From Giardia intestinalis (Eukaryota), in NCBI GenBank assembly GCA_000002435.2, contig CM018792.1: a stretch of 64,000 nucleotides of DNA. One strand, 5' to 3'. The translations under genes and the position numbers were made by a program. Position 1 is the stretch's first letter. Each line of letters begins with the position of its first letter. Below are positions 38,901 to 48,424 of the stretch, piece after piece. The notes under the pieces were generated by a model that ran no database searches, had not been told where the DNA came from, and saw nothing but the letters and a program-made list of their open reading frames with translations.

Positions 38901-39381
38901 ACTATTTGCATTTAACAGTCTTTGTGAGTTTAGTTCGTCAGCAAACGTCTTTTTGGAAGATACGGCCTTATACCTTGTAGTATCAACGAGTATAGAGGCC
39001 CTATTTTCAACCACATTAGCACGAAATACGGATTCACTATCACTATCTACAACTCCTATAGTGTGCCAAAGCACTGGTGAGAATCATCAAACATACCTCT
39101 CCATAACAGAAACAGATCAAGAGAGTCTTTTAGTAGCGGTTATAAAGACAGTTATATTGCTCTGTCACCAAATGCTATTGGAGTCAGACTGTTCAGATAG
39201 CAAATCAGAAGTACGGTACTATCAAAACCATTCTCTTTGTAGTATTTCATCCCTTTTACATTCTATATCAGCATTATTACAACGTAATAAACTATCTGTG
39301 AACGACAGCGCATTACTCACGCAACTACGGCGAAGGATAGTTGACGCCATTCCAGCACTAAGTTTAGTTCCTTGTGCATAG
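35914..39381 (+). CDS. hypothetical Ser-rich protein with central coiled coil (1155 aa)
   Basis: ATG at 35914 after gtaattaaaaaatagttctaagc. Coiled-coil segment KELKDKIATLELKLKDEKQRNASTSKELRNLRERKRVLEGQLKKKIEEK. No catalytic motifs. Confidence 0.5.
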   Translation: MKTRGNLAERTAGRTFSALLEKLGEQIYLSRSQTQIVSASSSTSHSNPSLTAYQSQPDVDINTYSLSPQASNCSSCTEDWSQSTSFYSQTSPSHISAQSNDPEDYSSRSYSYSSSDDYYSSSVSYSYCSDLNTEDDIEAPDQISSATRTESSLPRKILRTIIRENPHILSQLRSGLGSDPSCSNKSNQPLESLEYKFSIEEMRKIKEIGEDLVAATQNALKQEARRQREVSNRLSRPKHGMTSTLSLRSHRRQTELTPKGSSKASKRRQPAIVLEVPQLNKGTTTSTVCSSSSVSTELSSPSVGLVTGRHSVKTSTQEASTSSEQIDDPLILSRVQRDYLKVAQPVIQEHSPHRLSIPGSTNSTSNAVEQKVHSDILKRSVTSIATPQELLASVALVGSIPDINSTIEAASKQHVASQTSSTNSFKRKAGDSSISLIGTGSHSKPLSSSALEVSRELPEPASRLVTTKSSSLARTQPMIDLTLTTTAPQPGNASTSYRPRSLSSLSQQLHTAQLQSDQVVKELKDKIATLELKLKDEKQRNASTSKELRNLRERKRVLEGQLKKKIEEKDLATWEAQKKALKMNVSLMRTIAAMKANSSSSKTQRKYSHRQVPSHMLTRRDPDCSEPTQSLLNTNLPLIEIAPPMAKLSASKENSIPPSVKLFDSIEQSADVNEIVVCSHKRQTHSSGSHDLNRLFVDTCNKTIRDALADVYSLDSTTIPVFASADLPTLHIETTPPPPIISADREPDSPVDRQKLLESDISPEVTIGKLKSQDTDQDEESARAYTLPVDKQLFQKDLHKNASIVLGNQTHLDSELKHSRPPIAPRQENRARSIRRHGECVALFLLPSPTRYPADAAEITKLIVSISTDISSAPGLPSNDQEHMHENLRLVRELIESPDLSIFNYPLFGAKLIAAMFCTYGPGSFPVFSTVIYRISDLLLTEVVSLANTPTNPTLYEIECRLYTYILNIIRGTCLLVMSVTTCTSLQPGESSLQILLFAFNSLCEFSSSANVFLEDTALYLVVSTSIEALFSTTLARNTDSLSLSTTPIVCQSTGENHQTYLSITETDQESLLVAVIKTVILLCHQMLLESDCSDSKSEVRYYQNHSLCSISSLLHSISALLQRNKLSVNDSALLTQLRRRIVDAIPALSLVPCA

Positions 39382-39393
39382 CTCTACTAGGCC

Positions 39394-42300
39394 TTATTTG
39401 TTAGAAGAGAGAAGCTGCTCAATGTCGTCAAGCTGTTTGCGTAACATTTTGTTCTTCTTATTACGGTTCAATATAATAGGTACTATGATAGCAACAATCA
39501 GCACTATAACACAACACACAACTGTGACCGATATTATAACGGTTCGGTTGTTTATGGGGGCTAATTCTGGATATATGCATAGACCATATCCTCTATTAAT
39601 AACATAAGGTGCATTGCATTTTAAACAATATAGTGGGTTATACACGTCGCATAAACTACATGTTGGATGGTCGCACTTATCTGTTGTGAAGCATGTGTTA
39701 TTGATAAGCGTAAAATCGGTCAAACATTCTAAGCAATGAAATGGAGAAAGACACCTTTTACATCCTGCCTCACATCGGTCACACCCCTTGGTAGAAGGAT
39801 TAAAAACGTATCCTCCTTGACATACCTTACACGCTGTTTCGCTGTTTAAGACGCAACTGAAGCACCCAACGACTTGACAATTATTCTCAATTTTTTTACA
39901 TACCCACTCTTCATTGGGATGGTATACCTCCCCTGTGCTGTAGACTTCACATGCAATACAGAGAGTTGGATCACTTCTGATGGAAACAGCGCATGAATTG
40001 GCGGTTCCTTCATTGTAGACGTTATACACACACAGCCCAATCACAGGCAAGTTATCATAATTTTTACATAGCAAGCACCCTGCAGAGTTTGTACACAATG
40101 GACAATACAGAGGACACGGAGTACAGTATCCTTCTGGGTTGTGGTAGTATCCCATTGCGCATTTGATACACTTCCATGGGTCATCGCAAGAACAACGCAA
40201 ACAGTGGGGAACATTGCAGGTCGGACATATCATGCAAAGAATGTCTCCTGCATTTGCGAGGACTTCAGATGCGACTAGAAACCCTAAAGGACATGTGACA
40301 CAAACAGCTGGGGACTCTGGCAGCGGAAACGGAAGGATACTACCGCACATTGCACACTCCGATTGACACTTGGAACATATCGTTGTCCCACTAAGTACAT
40401 AGTGTGATGTAACACAACTAATGCAAGTATCTGGATCGTCCTTCTTGCAGTGTCTACAGTTGGGAACATTGCATGGGGTTGTGATATATTGAAATGGAAG
40501 AAGAGGAGGCGATTGTGTCGAGGGTGTATAGTTAAACGTATAATTGCAATCCCAGCCGATTTTGGATATTTTGTCATTGACAATCATCTTGCCTGCCCAC
40601 TGAACAGATGGGTTCCTTGTCGATACAGACATAGGACTGAGCTCATAATTTGGTAACGTTCGAAGAACAGGTTTCTTACTGTCAAAGAACCACTCACTTG
40701 TCTCGGTGAACTGGAAGGCGTATGTAAACTTTTCAATACTCATCGCCTGACTTATTGTAAATTCGTTTGAAAGAATATACTTGTTTTGCACAATATATAT
40801 AAGATCGCAGAGCAAACAATTATTGATCTCGCTTGTACCAGCGTAGAGAGACACACTGAGCGTGCCAGAGACTTTTGAGGTAATTATTTGGGCGGTTAGA
40901 TTGATGAGGACTCCCTTAATTGACGTATGAGAAAGGAGAGACTTTCCTAATAGGGCACCAATGCCGTATGCATTGACTCCAGAGGGAGAAAAATCCTTAA
41001 ACCCAACCATCTGGAGAGAAACAATTGCTTGGATGTAAGAATTATAAAAGTAAATATCTGCGTACGACAAGCCAAAGAGCCCCCCGTATAGAAATGTGCT
41101 GGAAGCTAAACAAGTTTCTCCAGAATAAAAGGAGGCATTCATCGTAGTGTAGGAAGACCGCACTGTCAGATTGTTCATTAGAGTTTGGTATCTTTGAAGA
41201 ATATATCCCACTAGGCCGCCTACAATAGCACTATTGTTATAGGGTAGACAGGAAAGGGTTGCATTCGCTATTCCATAGACCGCATATGAACTGTATATGG
41301 TCGAGATGTAATCGTCCTTCAACAGGACACCTCCAACTAACCCTCCGAGGGTAAGGGTTGAAGTGATCTCTTCAGAAGCAGTGAAATTGATATATGCATA
41401 TGCTGCTGCAGTGCTATTGATAAGAAATTTGCTACCTTCGCCAAGAAGCCCGCCAAAGACAAAATTATCCATATAAATTCCAATGATGGTCGTGAAGTTG
41501 ATTAGTGATTGATGGACAAAAATATCGCCTGTCCCCATTGCCACTGCACCACCGAAAAAAATGCCATTGCACTGGGCTACATTTGCCGGCAAAGGAACTC
41601 TGCAAGCAGATCTGTCGTGAGTCTCCACCGCTACCATGCACTGTCTGAATTCAGAAAGTACAGCCAGACCAGCAATTCCTCCCGTGTGCAGACACGAATG
41701 CAAATTTGTTATATTGATAATTGTCCTAGTGACTTGAAGATTGGTACTGCTAGCAAGAATTCCCCCAACATAATCTATCGTATAGTCTGCAGTGAAGTCA
41801 GAAATAGTAATGTTACAAGAATCTATTCTATTCGATAAAAATGTTGTTGCATTTCCAGTACCTACAAGTCCACCAACATAATTGGTATTGGCAGACCCAG
41901 ATGTGATGACTTGCAACTGATCAAGCTTACCGCGAACATCCACCAGGCTGGCTAATAACAGCCCAACAACACCACCAGCAATGGTGGGCTTGTCATTCAT
42001 ACCAGAAATTTGGATTTGCCCAGAAATGGTAGAGTTAGCAACAGATTGATATGTCATCCCAAAGAGAGCCCCGGCATAGCAAGATGATTGCAAGCACCGT
42101 ATGTTTGTGTTTGATGTCAAATTCATAGTAGATGATGTCAAGTTTGTTACAGGAAAACCATTCTCTGCTATTCCAACAATCCCGGCTAACCCGCCCACAT
42201 ATGCACTCATGAGCGTCACCTGTATGGTAGAGTTGATGGTAATGTCACTTGGGAAACTCAATGTGGCGCCGCAAAAGCCCCCGATTGCCTTACGAGAGCA

Positions 42301-42729
42301 ATCTCTACAGTACTCTGTTCCTCCCGTTACTCTGGAGGTCACATTGACGTTCTGAATCATCTTTGGAACCATGTACCCTGCAAATCCACCAATGAAGACA
42401 CTATCTGCCTTAATGCTCTTAATGTGTATATCCAAAACAATGTTTCTAACTATCCCATTGAAGGTTCGAAAGAATCCAAGAGTGTAGCCTCCAGAACTGA
42501 TGGTTATATTACTAATTGCATGATTTTCCCCATCGAGAACGCCATAAAATGTGTTTATGGGAATAAAGTCCTCTTTCATGACAATGTCTTGCTTCAATTT
42601 AAATGCGGAGTTCGGGCAATACCGCATCATCTCCATGGATTCTACATCATTTATGTCATAAAACACATTGCAACTGACCTGTTCACCCAAGACTGCAGCC
42701 AATAAAATCAAAAGAAAGGTGATGGTCAT
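39394..42729 (-). CDS. type I membrane protein: signal peptide, ~18 GLUG-like (GG[LFIV]xG) repeats, HCMP-like cysteine-rich stalk, TM, short tail
   Basis: ATG at 42729. Starts MTITFLLILLAAVLG. Repeats VGGLAGIVG, GGVVGLLLAS, VGGLVGTGNAT, VGGILASST, TGGIAGLAV, FGGLLGEGS, LGGLVGGVLL, VGGLVGYIL, YGGLFGLSY and others at ~35-45 aa spacing. Then CxxC-rich region (CRHCKKDDPDTCISC...CEAGCKRCLSPFHCLECL), TM helix VTVVCCVIVLIVAIIVPIIL and tail NRNKKNKMLRKQ. Confidence 0.75.
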   Translation of the reverse strand: MTITFLLILLAAVLGEQVSCNVFYDINDVESMEMMRYCPNSAFKLKQDIVMKEDFIPINTFYGVLDGENHAISNITISSGGYTLGFFRTFNGIVRNIVLDIHIKSIKADSVFIGGFAGYMVPKMIQNVNVTSRVTGGTEYCRDCSRKAIGGFCGATLSFPSDITINSTIQVTLMSAYVGGLAGIVGIAENGFPVTNLTSSTMNLTSNTNIRCLQSSCYAGALFGMTYQSVANSTISGQIQISGMNDKPTIAGGVVGLLLASLVDVRGKLDQLQVITSGSANTNYVGGLVGTGNATTFLSNRIDSCNITISDFTADYTIDYVGGILASSTNLQVTRTIINITNLHSCLHTGGIAGLAVLSEFRQCMVAVETHDRSACRVPLPANVAQCNGIFFGGAVAMGTGDIFVHQSLINFTTIIGIYMDNFVFGGLLGEGSKFLINSTAAAYAYINFTASEEITSTLTLGGLVGGVLLKDDYISTIYSSYAVYGIANATLSCLPYNNSAIVGGLVGYILQRYQTLMNNLTVRSSYTTMNASFYSGETCLASSTFLYGGLFGLSYADIYFYNSYIQAIVSLQMVGFKDFSPSGVNAYGIGALLGKSLLSHTSIKGVLINLTAQIITSKVSGTLSVSLYAGTSEINNCLLCDLIYIVQNKYILSNEFTISQAMSIEKFTYAFQFTETSEWFFDSKKPVLRTLPNYELSPMSVSTRNPSVQWAGKMIVNDKISKIGWDCNYTFNYTPSTQSPPLLPFQYITTPCNVPNCRHCKKDDPDTCISCVTSHYVLSGTTICSKCQSECAMCGSILPFPLPESPAVCVTCPLGFLVASEVLANAGDILCMICPTCNVPHCLRCSCDDPWKCIKCAMGYYHNPEGYCTPCPLYCPLCTNSAGCLLCKNYDNLPVIGLCVYNVYNEGTANSCAVSIRSDPTLCIACEVYSTGEVYHPNEEWVCKKIENNCQVVGCFSCVLNSETACKVCQGGYVFNPSTKGCDRCEAGCKRCLSPFHCLECLTDFTLINNTCFTTDKCDHPTCSLCDVYNPLYCLKCNAPYVINRGYGLCIYPELAPINNRTVIISVTVVCCVIVLIVAIIVPIILNRNKKNKMLRKQLDDIEQLLSSNK

Positions 42730-42787
42730 TAAAAAGTATACATCTACAGTCCAATGAAATCAGAAGCAAGGCACATAGGTTTCACAC

Positions 42788-43123
42788 ATGGCTTTGATTA
42801 AGCTTCGGTCGATGGTAACAACCTATTTACTCTGGCTGTTCTTGGGCATCTTTGGGGGGCATAGATTTTATCTCTATCAGTATGACATGGGCCTGCTATA
42901 TCTCTTTACCGCAGGAATATTCCTGATGGGGTGGATAACCGATGCGTTCATTATCCCCTTTATGGTCTGGGAAACAAATACGATCATCCGTGCCATCAAT
43001 AGACAGCAATTACAATTTGAGAACGAATACGGAGAAAATACAATAGTGCACCCTACTCGCCCACGCTATCCTCTAGTCACTCAGGTCAAGGCAACCGAAT
43101 ACGATGGACCTAAGGTCTTCTAA
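42788..43123 (+). CDS. TM2 domain-containing protein
   Basis: ATG at 42788. Two TM helices with the TM2 signature LWLFLGIFGGHRFYLYQYDMGLLYLFTAGIFLMGWITDAFIIP. Confidence 0.8.
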   Translation: MALIKLRSMVTTYLLWLFLGIFGGHRFYLYQYDMGLLYLFTAGIFLMGWITDAFIIPFMVWETNTIIRAINRQQLQFENEYGENTIVHPTRPRYPLVTQVKATEYDGPKVF

Positions 43124-44190
43124 GTAGAAGAGTTTGAGCACAATCTCGACTTCTGCCGTATCATAATTGTTTGGCAACGAATAATTTCCGGCTGCATTGC
43201 TTTTGTAAATGAGACGTTCGTCTTGGGTGTAGTTATTATCACTGAGGTAGACAAAGAGGATGCTTCAACCTCTAGTACCGAATGCTGCGCAGGCATTAGC
43301 TCTGATGCCGCATTAAGGTCTTGCTTTTCCGGAGGTTGTATGACGCTCTTCTTAGAAGTTAGCTGCTTTAGTTGCGGTTCCTTCGGTGCTTGATGATCTA
43401 ACTTTGATTGCGAGGGGTTAGAGCTTACACCTTTGCTTTTTTCAGCTCGTATTACCTTCTCTTTTGGAGAGTTGTTCGCTTGTAACTGTTTGTGCAAATG
43501 GCAGAGACGATCAACAAATTGTGTGTCAAACAAGGTTGATAGGGCCCGCAAAGATATATCCTCCCGTCTTCTAACATACATTCGGAGATACAGTTCTGGT
43601 TCGTAGCTCTCTGTTGGCCGTGTTGACGTACTGAGTATTAAAATGTAACACTTATTACATAAGCAGGCACAATCTGCTTCTCGCGATCCAAAAAATAGTG
43701 GCCGCATCTCACGACTAAACGCTTTCCTACAGGCTAAATGGATCATAGAGTTGCAACGAATGCAAACGCTTACGGGAAGCCCGGATTTTCCCTTTTTGCA
43801 ATGGAGACAGACATGCCGAGGACAGGAAAAGGATAAACCAAAAATATCCTGAGTGGGCAGTCCAGCTTTCTTGTAGCATTGTTGGTGGAACACTGTCTGA
43901 CAACCTGGTACACAGCACACAAGTAATGGGCCTTGATCATTAACCTTATGTTCGAGACAAATAGAGCAAACGCTTGTTCCTCTTTGACATGCTGTACAAG
44001 TGAAGTGGTAGTTGCTACCTAAACATTCTAATAGTCTCTTATTCATGTTTATCCGTTCTTCGTTAAAAACTGGCTCAGCTTTCCGGATTTTGGCTTCGAT
44101 GAGACACATAGGGCAATATGATCTGCGACAGACCCCTGCACAGACGATTCCATCTGGCTGTGCACAGAGGCAACAAATAGCGGATGTCAT
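43120..44190 (-). CDS. PHD-type zinc-finger protein
   Basis: ATG at 44190 after an AT-rich initiator. Several Cys4-His-Cys3 clusters (CTACQRGTSVCSICLEHKVNDQGPLLVCCVPGCQTVFHQQCY; CPRHVCLHCKK...CIRCNSMIHLAC). Overlaps the TM2 gene 3' end by 4 bp. Confidence 0.55.
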   Translation of the reverse strand: MTSAICCLCAQPDGIVCAGVCRRSYCPMCLIEAKIRKAEPVFNEERINMNKRLLECLGSNYHFTCTACQRGTSVCSICLEHKVNDQGPLLVCCVPGCQTVFHQQCYKKAGLPTQDIFGLSFSCPRHVCLHCKKGKSGLPVSVCIRCNSMIHLACRKAFSREMRPLFFGSREADCACLCNKCYILILSTSTRPTESYEPELYLRMYVRRREDISLRALSTLFDTQFVDRLCHLHKQLQANNSPKEKVIRAEKSKGVSSNPSQSKLDHQAPKEPQLKQLTSKKSVIQPPEKQDLNAASELMPAQHSVLEVEASSLSTSVIITTPKTNVSFTKAMQPEIIRCQTIMIRQKSRLCSNSST

Positions 44191-44318
44191 TTTAAACTTT
44201 TTAGTCCAATTTACGAAGATTGGATTGGATACAATAGAATAAAACTATTGTCGATTTACTAATACCTAGCGTTCACGAATTGATCTTCGAGAATTTCGAA
44301 TGCTTAGAGCACAAGCGA

Positions 44319-46970
44319 TTAGTTGGGGAGAGTCTTCTTCAGCTTCTCAAACTCCCCTTCGTAATACTTCCTCAGATCTTCTAATGACAATGAAAACTTG
44401 CTTCGTAACGATGGAACGTAGCATCTTTCGGAATAGTCAAGGAAAAGGGAATATCTTCTTTTTATACTTTCAAAGAGTGCATCACTGACTTGCTTCAGAA
44501 GGCCTATTGTTCCATCCTTGATACGCGCAACAGCAACGATGGACGAGCAATTTGCAATGGCCGCCTTGAGGTTTATATGCTTGAAAAATCGGTCCATGGT
44601 ATCCGAAAAGTGCTTCTTGATGGTTGAGTTGCATGTCTTTATTGCTTTCTCTACATCCTTATGTGCTAGTCCTGTCTGGGTGGGTACGTCGGTTGGCTGG
44701 ATCCCTCCGGCTATAACCTCTTCAATCTTATCGACAACCTGAACCCAGGAGAAGTCTTTGGAAGAATTATCGCAGAACTTGTACCTAATATTCTCTTCTA
44801 TATACTCAGATAGCAAAATATCTATTTTAGTCTTCAAAGACATCTGTATGGATGTGCTGAAGTTGTGCTCTAAAAGACTGTCACAGAAGTATATAAGAAA
44901 TGACAAGTTTTCAATGGTAGCAATGTTCCGGTACTTTTCAGTATTTGCTTTATCTGCTACTATAATAGAATCAAGCCACGCCTCAAATCTTTCAACGATA
45001 AGCATGTACGGGTTTGTTATAAGCTTGAGCAGCGACATGTGTCCGGAGTCAAGCTTAAATGTCATCGGGAATGTACTTTCTTCAATATCTGGCTGAGTAA
45101 AAGTAATGCTCCCAGCGCGATCTGACGGAAGGAAAGCTGACAATGAGCTAAACAGACTACTGTACGCAGGGGAGCTCGCTGAGAGCGTCTTGACGGTGAG
45201 GGTAGCAGAACAATACATAGCATGTATTGCAGAGAGCAGTGTGCACGTGTAAATGGTACCGGGAAAGACACCGGCTTGCTTGATCGTTGGCTGCTGTTTT
45301 GATAAGTGTGCATGAAAAGTATCCGTGAAGGACACGACGTGGGACTCGATGGTCTGCAGGGCGCTGGACAGCAAAAGTATCATAAGGTCGCAATCAAGGG
45401 TGCACGCTATTGACAGAGCATGATCTATCTGCATGTAAAGAGCGAACCCATAGAGAGGGTTGGACGTCAGAACGCCTTCGAGAACATGACTGAGAGGTCT
45501 AGTCCGGACTGAAGAGAAATAGGCCTCAGGAACATCCTTAACCCATTTTAGTGTGTTACGATAGGATTGACTTCTGGTAAAATCTAAGGTTGAGAAGTAT
45601 TTTATTTCTGCATGGAGCATTTTATAATCTAGAACGGGGTAGAAAATGGTTCCGAGGCAAGCGTCAATCGTAGAGAGATCTGTTAACAATTTGTTACTTC
45701 CGTTTGCACTGAGTTTTTGTATAGCAACCTCCAGAGACTCACGAGAGGAAAGTTGCTCATTTAAGACAGCATCCAATACAACAGTAAATCTTTCGATTTC
45801 GTGGATCTCTTTCGTGCCGTGTCTGGGCTCTGAATTTTCCTTTGGGTTACTAGAGAAAAAAACTGATAGCAAGATATCTCGTGTATGATATATGTATATG
45901 GTTACAGCCAAGAAGTAATATCCTAGCGCGCGATCTAAGTATTCACAGCCATCTTTGAGAAGGTTATTTGCATAGGTGGAATGATGCAGTTGTACCGTAT
46001 TCACAGTCGAGTTAGAGTGCCTCCCCGATTTTGTTTGGGCTTCTCTCTCCGCAGCAACTCTACGATCGATAGGTACACTGTCCGGATAACAAATGGTGCT
46101 ATAGGATAGTTCATATATCTTAAGTCCTAGGCCTCTGAGTAGATTTATATCTGGTGCTGCAATGCCCTCATGCATGTTGTCCTCTAAGAAGGATATGCTT
46201 CCACGCGCTAGTTCATAAAGTACTAGTATCACAGCTGCTCGCACAAGGCTATAACTGGCAGGATCTAACTCTTTTAGAAAAGATATGGAAGCTGCATCAG
46301 AGAACAACATCTCACGAAAGGATGCAACATCAAAGTAGCTTTTTATATCCTTAACCTTGCATCGCTTACGTGTAGCAATAATGACCGCAAACTCGTTACA
46401 AATGGCCTTTATAAGTCGCATGGTCAGCGCTTGTACAAAGGTTCTAATAGCATCTTTGATCTGGGCATGTGAACGAGAGACAACAACAAAGGTGTCAAAC
46501 CCGGGGAATTCCTCTGCGTAGCTATGCATTGCTTCAAAATAGCTTTGAGACGCCTCAATAATCGACAACTCAAACTGCCTATCTGCTCCATGTCTATATG
46601 CTTGCAGATCTTTTAATAGGTTATCTGCGACAGTAAGAATATGATCAACGGCCTCGAGAATGCGTATCATTTGCTGCTTCTCTGATTCTGTTGTATTGGC
46701 TTGCTGTTTCGTCTTAACGTTGTAGATATTGGCATGGTGCTCGCGGCCCCGGAGCGCCGCCAGGGTGACGGAGTCCCCAATATTTGCAATACCTGTACTC
46801 AGATGCACAGCCTCCATAACAACACGCTGAAGATCAGCATTAGTGTCCTTATTAATGGCGAAGATCCCCAGCAGTAGGTGTTCGTTAGCAAGCTCCAGCT
46901 CGTCCGCGAGCTGAACCAACTGAGACTTGTGTCCGGAGGGAAGGAGATGCGGGCCGGAGGGAGAGGGCAT
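44319..46970 (-). CDS. hypothetical alpha-helical protein (883 aa)
   Basis: ATG at 46970 after ttttatttttaaaag. Helical-repeat character. Unassigned. Confidence 0.5.
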   Translation of the reverse strand: MPSPSGPHLLPSGHKSQLVQLADELELANEHLLLGIFAINKDTNADLQRVVMEAVHLSTGIANIGDSVTLAALRGREHHANIYNVKTKQQANTTESEKQQMIRILEAVDHILTVADNLLKDLQAYRHGADRQFELSIIEASQSYFEAMHSYAEEFPGFDTFVVVSRSHAQIKDAIRTFVQALTMRLIKAICNEFAVIIATRKRCKVKDIKSYFDVASFREMLFSDAASISFLKELDPASYSLVRAAVILVLYELARGSISFLEDNMHEGIAAPDINLLRGLGLKIYELSYSTICYPDSVPIDRRVAAEREAQTKSGRHSNSTVNTVQLHHSTYANNLLKDGCEYLDRALGYYFLAVTIYIYHTRDILLSVFFSSNPKENSEPRHGTKEIHEIERFTVVLDAVLNEQLSSRESLEVAIQKLSANGSNKLLTDLSTIDACLGTIFYPVLDYKMLHAEIKYFSTLDFTRSQSYRNTLKWVKDVPEAYFSSVRTRPLSHVLEGVLTSNPLYGFALYMQIDHALSIACTLDCDLMILLLSSALQTIESHVVSFTDTFHAHLSKQQPTIKQAGVFPGTIYTCTLLSAIHAMYCSATLTVKTLSASSPAYSSLFSSLSAFLPSDRAGSITFTQPDIEESTFPMTFKLDSGHMSLLKLITNPYMLIVERFEAWLDSIIVADKANTEKYRNIATIENLSFLIYFCDSLLEHNFSTSIQMSLKTKIDILLSEYIEENIRYKFCDNSSKDFSWVQVVDKIEEVIAGGIQPTDVPTQTGLAHKDVEKAIKTCNSTIKKHFSDTMDRFFKHINLKAAIANCSSIVAVARIKDGTIGLLKQVSDALFESIKRRYSLFLDYSERCYVPSLRSKFSLSLEDLRKYYEGEFEKLKKTLPN

Positions 46971-47090
46971 CTTTTAAAAATAAAAATCTCTGCTCCTTTT
47001 CGAGTGGTGTTTTCCTACAGGAATGCCTCGAGGCCTCATGGCACAAAACAAATAGTTCAAAGGTTATATATAGAATTGTGCGGGGTTTGC

Positions 47091-47162
47091 GCCGGAATAG
47101 CTCAGCGGTAGAGCGCTGCACTTGTAATGCAGTGGTCGCGGGTTCAATTCCCGCTTTCGGCT
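47091..47162 (+). tRNA. tRNA-Thr (anticodon TGT)
   Basis: GCCGGAATAGCTCAGCGGTAGAGCGCTGCACTTGTAATGCAGTGGTCGCGGGTTCAATTCCCGCTTTCGGCT. Matches the architecture of eukaryotic tRNA-Thr(UGU). A T-run follows. Confidence 0.85.
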
Positions 47163-47283
47163 TTTCAGTGGGCCTTACAGGTTACAGGTGCTTCTCCGCA
47201 GAATCCCCATCACAGAGGCCGTTATCCCCCCGGAGGTGTGGGCCAAGATCCGCGCCCTGAGCTTAGCAAGCCTCGACAAGGCC

Positions 47284-47991
47284 ATGGGGCTCATTGAGGG
47301 GGCGTCGTGGAAGGACCCCAAGGTGGACGAGGGGATGTCGATCACCACCGCCGTGGTCGAGGGCAACAAGAACCACGCGCTCAAGGCGACGATGGAGATA
47401 CCATACCCCGTCCACTGCTGCTTCGGGGCCCTTGTGGCGATGAACATCAACGTTGACGAGACCAACAGCCAGGCCCTCCGCAAGTCGACGCTTTTCCGCC
47501 GCGAGACGCTGGAGTCTCCGGCCGACGCCGAGGCGAAGAAAGCCTATGCAGGCTATGCCCAGCAGAAGACGGCCCAGGACTTCCCCGAGGTCAGGGAGAT
47601 CTCTAGCGTCTCCCAGTTTGTCACCACGTCTCCCTCTGCGATTGTCGCCCACCGCGAGTTTCTCACCGTCCTCAACTTCAGGGAGCTCCCGAAGGCGGAG
47701 GGGAGGCGCCGAATCCTCTACTCGTTCATGAGCCCAGAGCTCCCGGAGCTTCTCGCCCTTTACCCAGAGGCGACCAAGCAGGAGGGCTGGGTCCGCGGAG
47801 TCGTCCACATCAGCGCCTTCCTTTTTGAGGAGACGGCCCCGGGCAGCGGAAAGACAGCCGCCACGTTTGTCTGCCATAGCGATCCCATGGGAAAGGTCCC
47901 GGCGCTGCTTGCCAACTCAGTGATTGTCAACCAGGCGAAGTCCCTGCTCAGCATCGTTAAGGTCATCGAGACCGGGCAGGTCCAGAAGTGA
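47284..47991 (+). CDS. START/Bet v1-like lipid-binding domain protein
   Basis: The track ORF starts at GTG 47188, 26 nt after the tRNA; the first ATG is at 47284. START-like core: VSQFVTTSPSAIVAHREFLTVLNFRELP...RRRILYSFMSPELPELLALYPE...WVRGVVHISAFLFEE...TFVCHSDPMGKVPALLANSVIVNQAKSLLSIV. About 63% GC with very high GC3. No AT-rich initiator. Confidence 0.6.
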   Translation: MGLIEGASWKDPKVDEGMSITTAVVEGNKNHALKATMEIPYPVHCCFGALVAMNINVDETNSQALRKSTLFRRETLESPADAEAKKAYAGYAQQKTAQDFPEVREISSVSQFVTTSPSAIVAHREFLTVLNFRELPKAEGRRRILYSFMSPELPELLALYPEATKQEGWVRGVVHISAFLFEETAPGSGKTAATFVCHSDPMGKVPALLANSVIVNQAKSLLSIVKVIETGQVQK

Positions 47992-48424
47992 ATGCATGAT
48001 GGTGCGTCTCACTAACGCTGGCCCGTTCTTTGGGTGTGCTGCAAGTCTGTCCTTCTTTTCCGGACGTGCATGCACTCCCACGAGGAACCTACAATTCTGG
48101 ATGCAGTGAAGGGGCCGATTACACGTCAGCCCTAGCAGCCCATGAGAGCCGCCTCCTGCAGACCTCTGGCCCAGGTTATACTGAGGACGCTATCGTAGAC
48201 ACAGATCTTTAGAAATCCTCATCCAACTTGAGTGCCTGAAGGAGTCTTAGTCTCGAGCATTATGCAATCTAACCACCATCGTTCTCGGCTCCAGCTGATC
48301 TTTCCCAATACAAGAGACATCGGGGACCCGTCGCCCAATTCGCACTCACAGTCGCTGTCTCCTGCCAATGGGCGCACCTACTCGAGCTTTCTCCACAATC
48401 GCCACCGCAGTAGATACATTTACA

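Noticed and set aside
47263-47877. 204-codon minus-strand ORF and the 92-codon ORF overlapping the START gene; similar GC-rich antisense ORFs at 7056..7797 and 25095..25670
   Set aside because: These are artefacts of locally high GC (few stop codons). The translations are Arg/Pro/Gly-rich nonsense, whereas the sense frames carry clear RFC, Tsr1 and START motifs.
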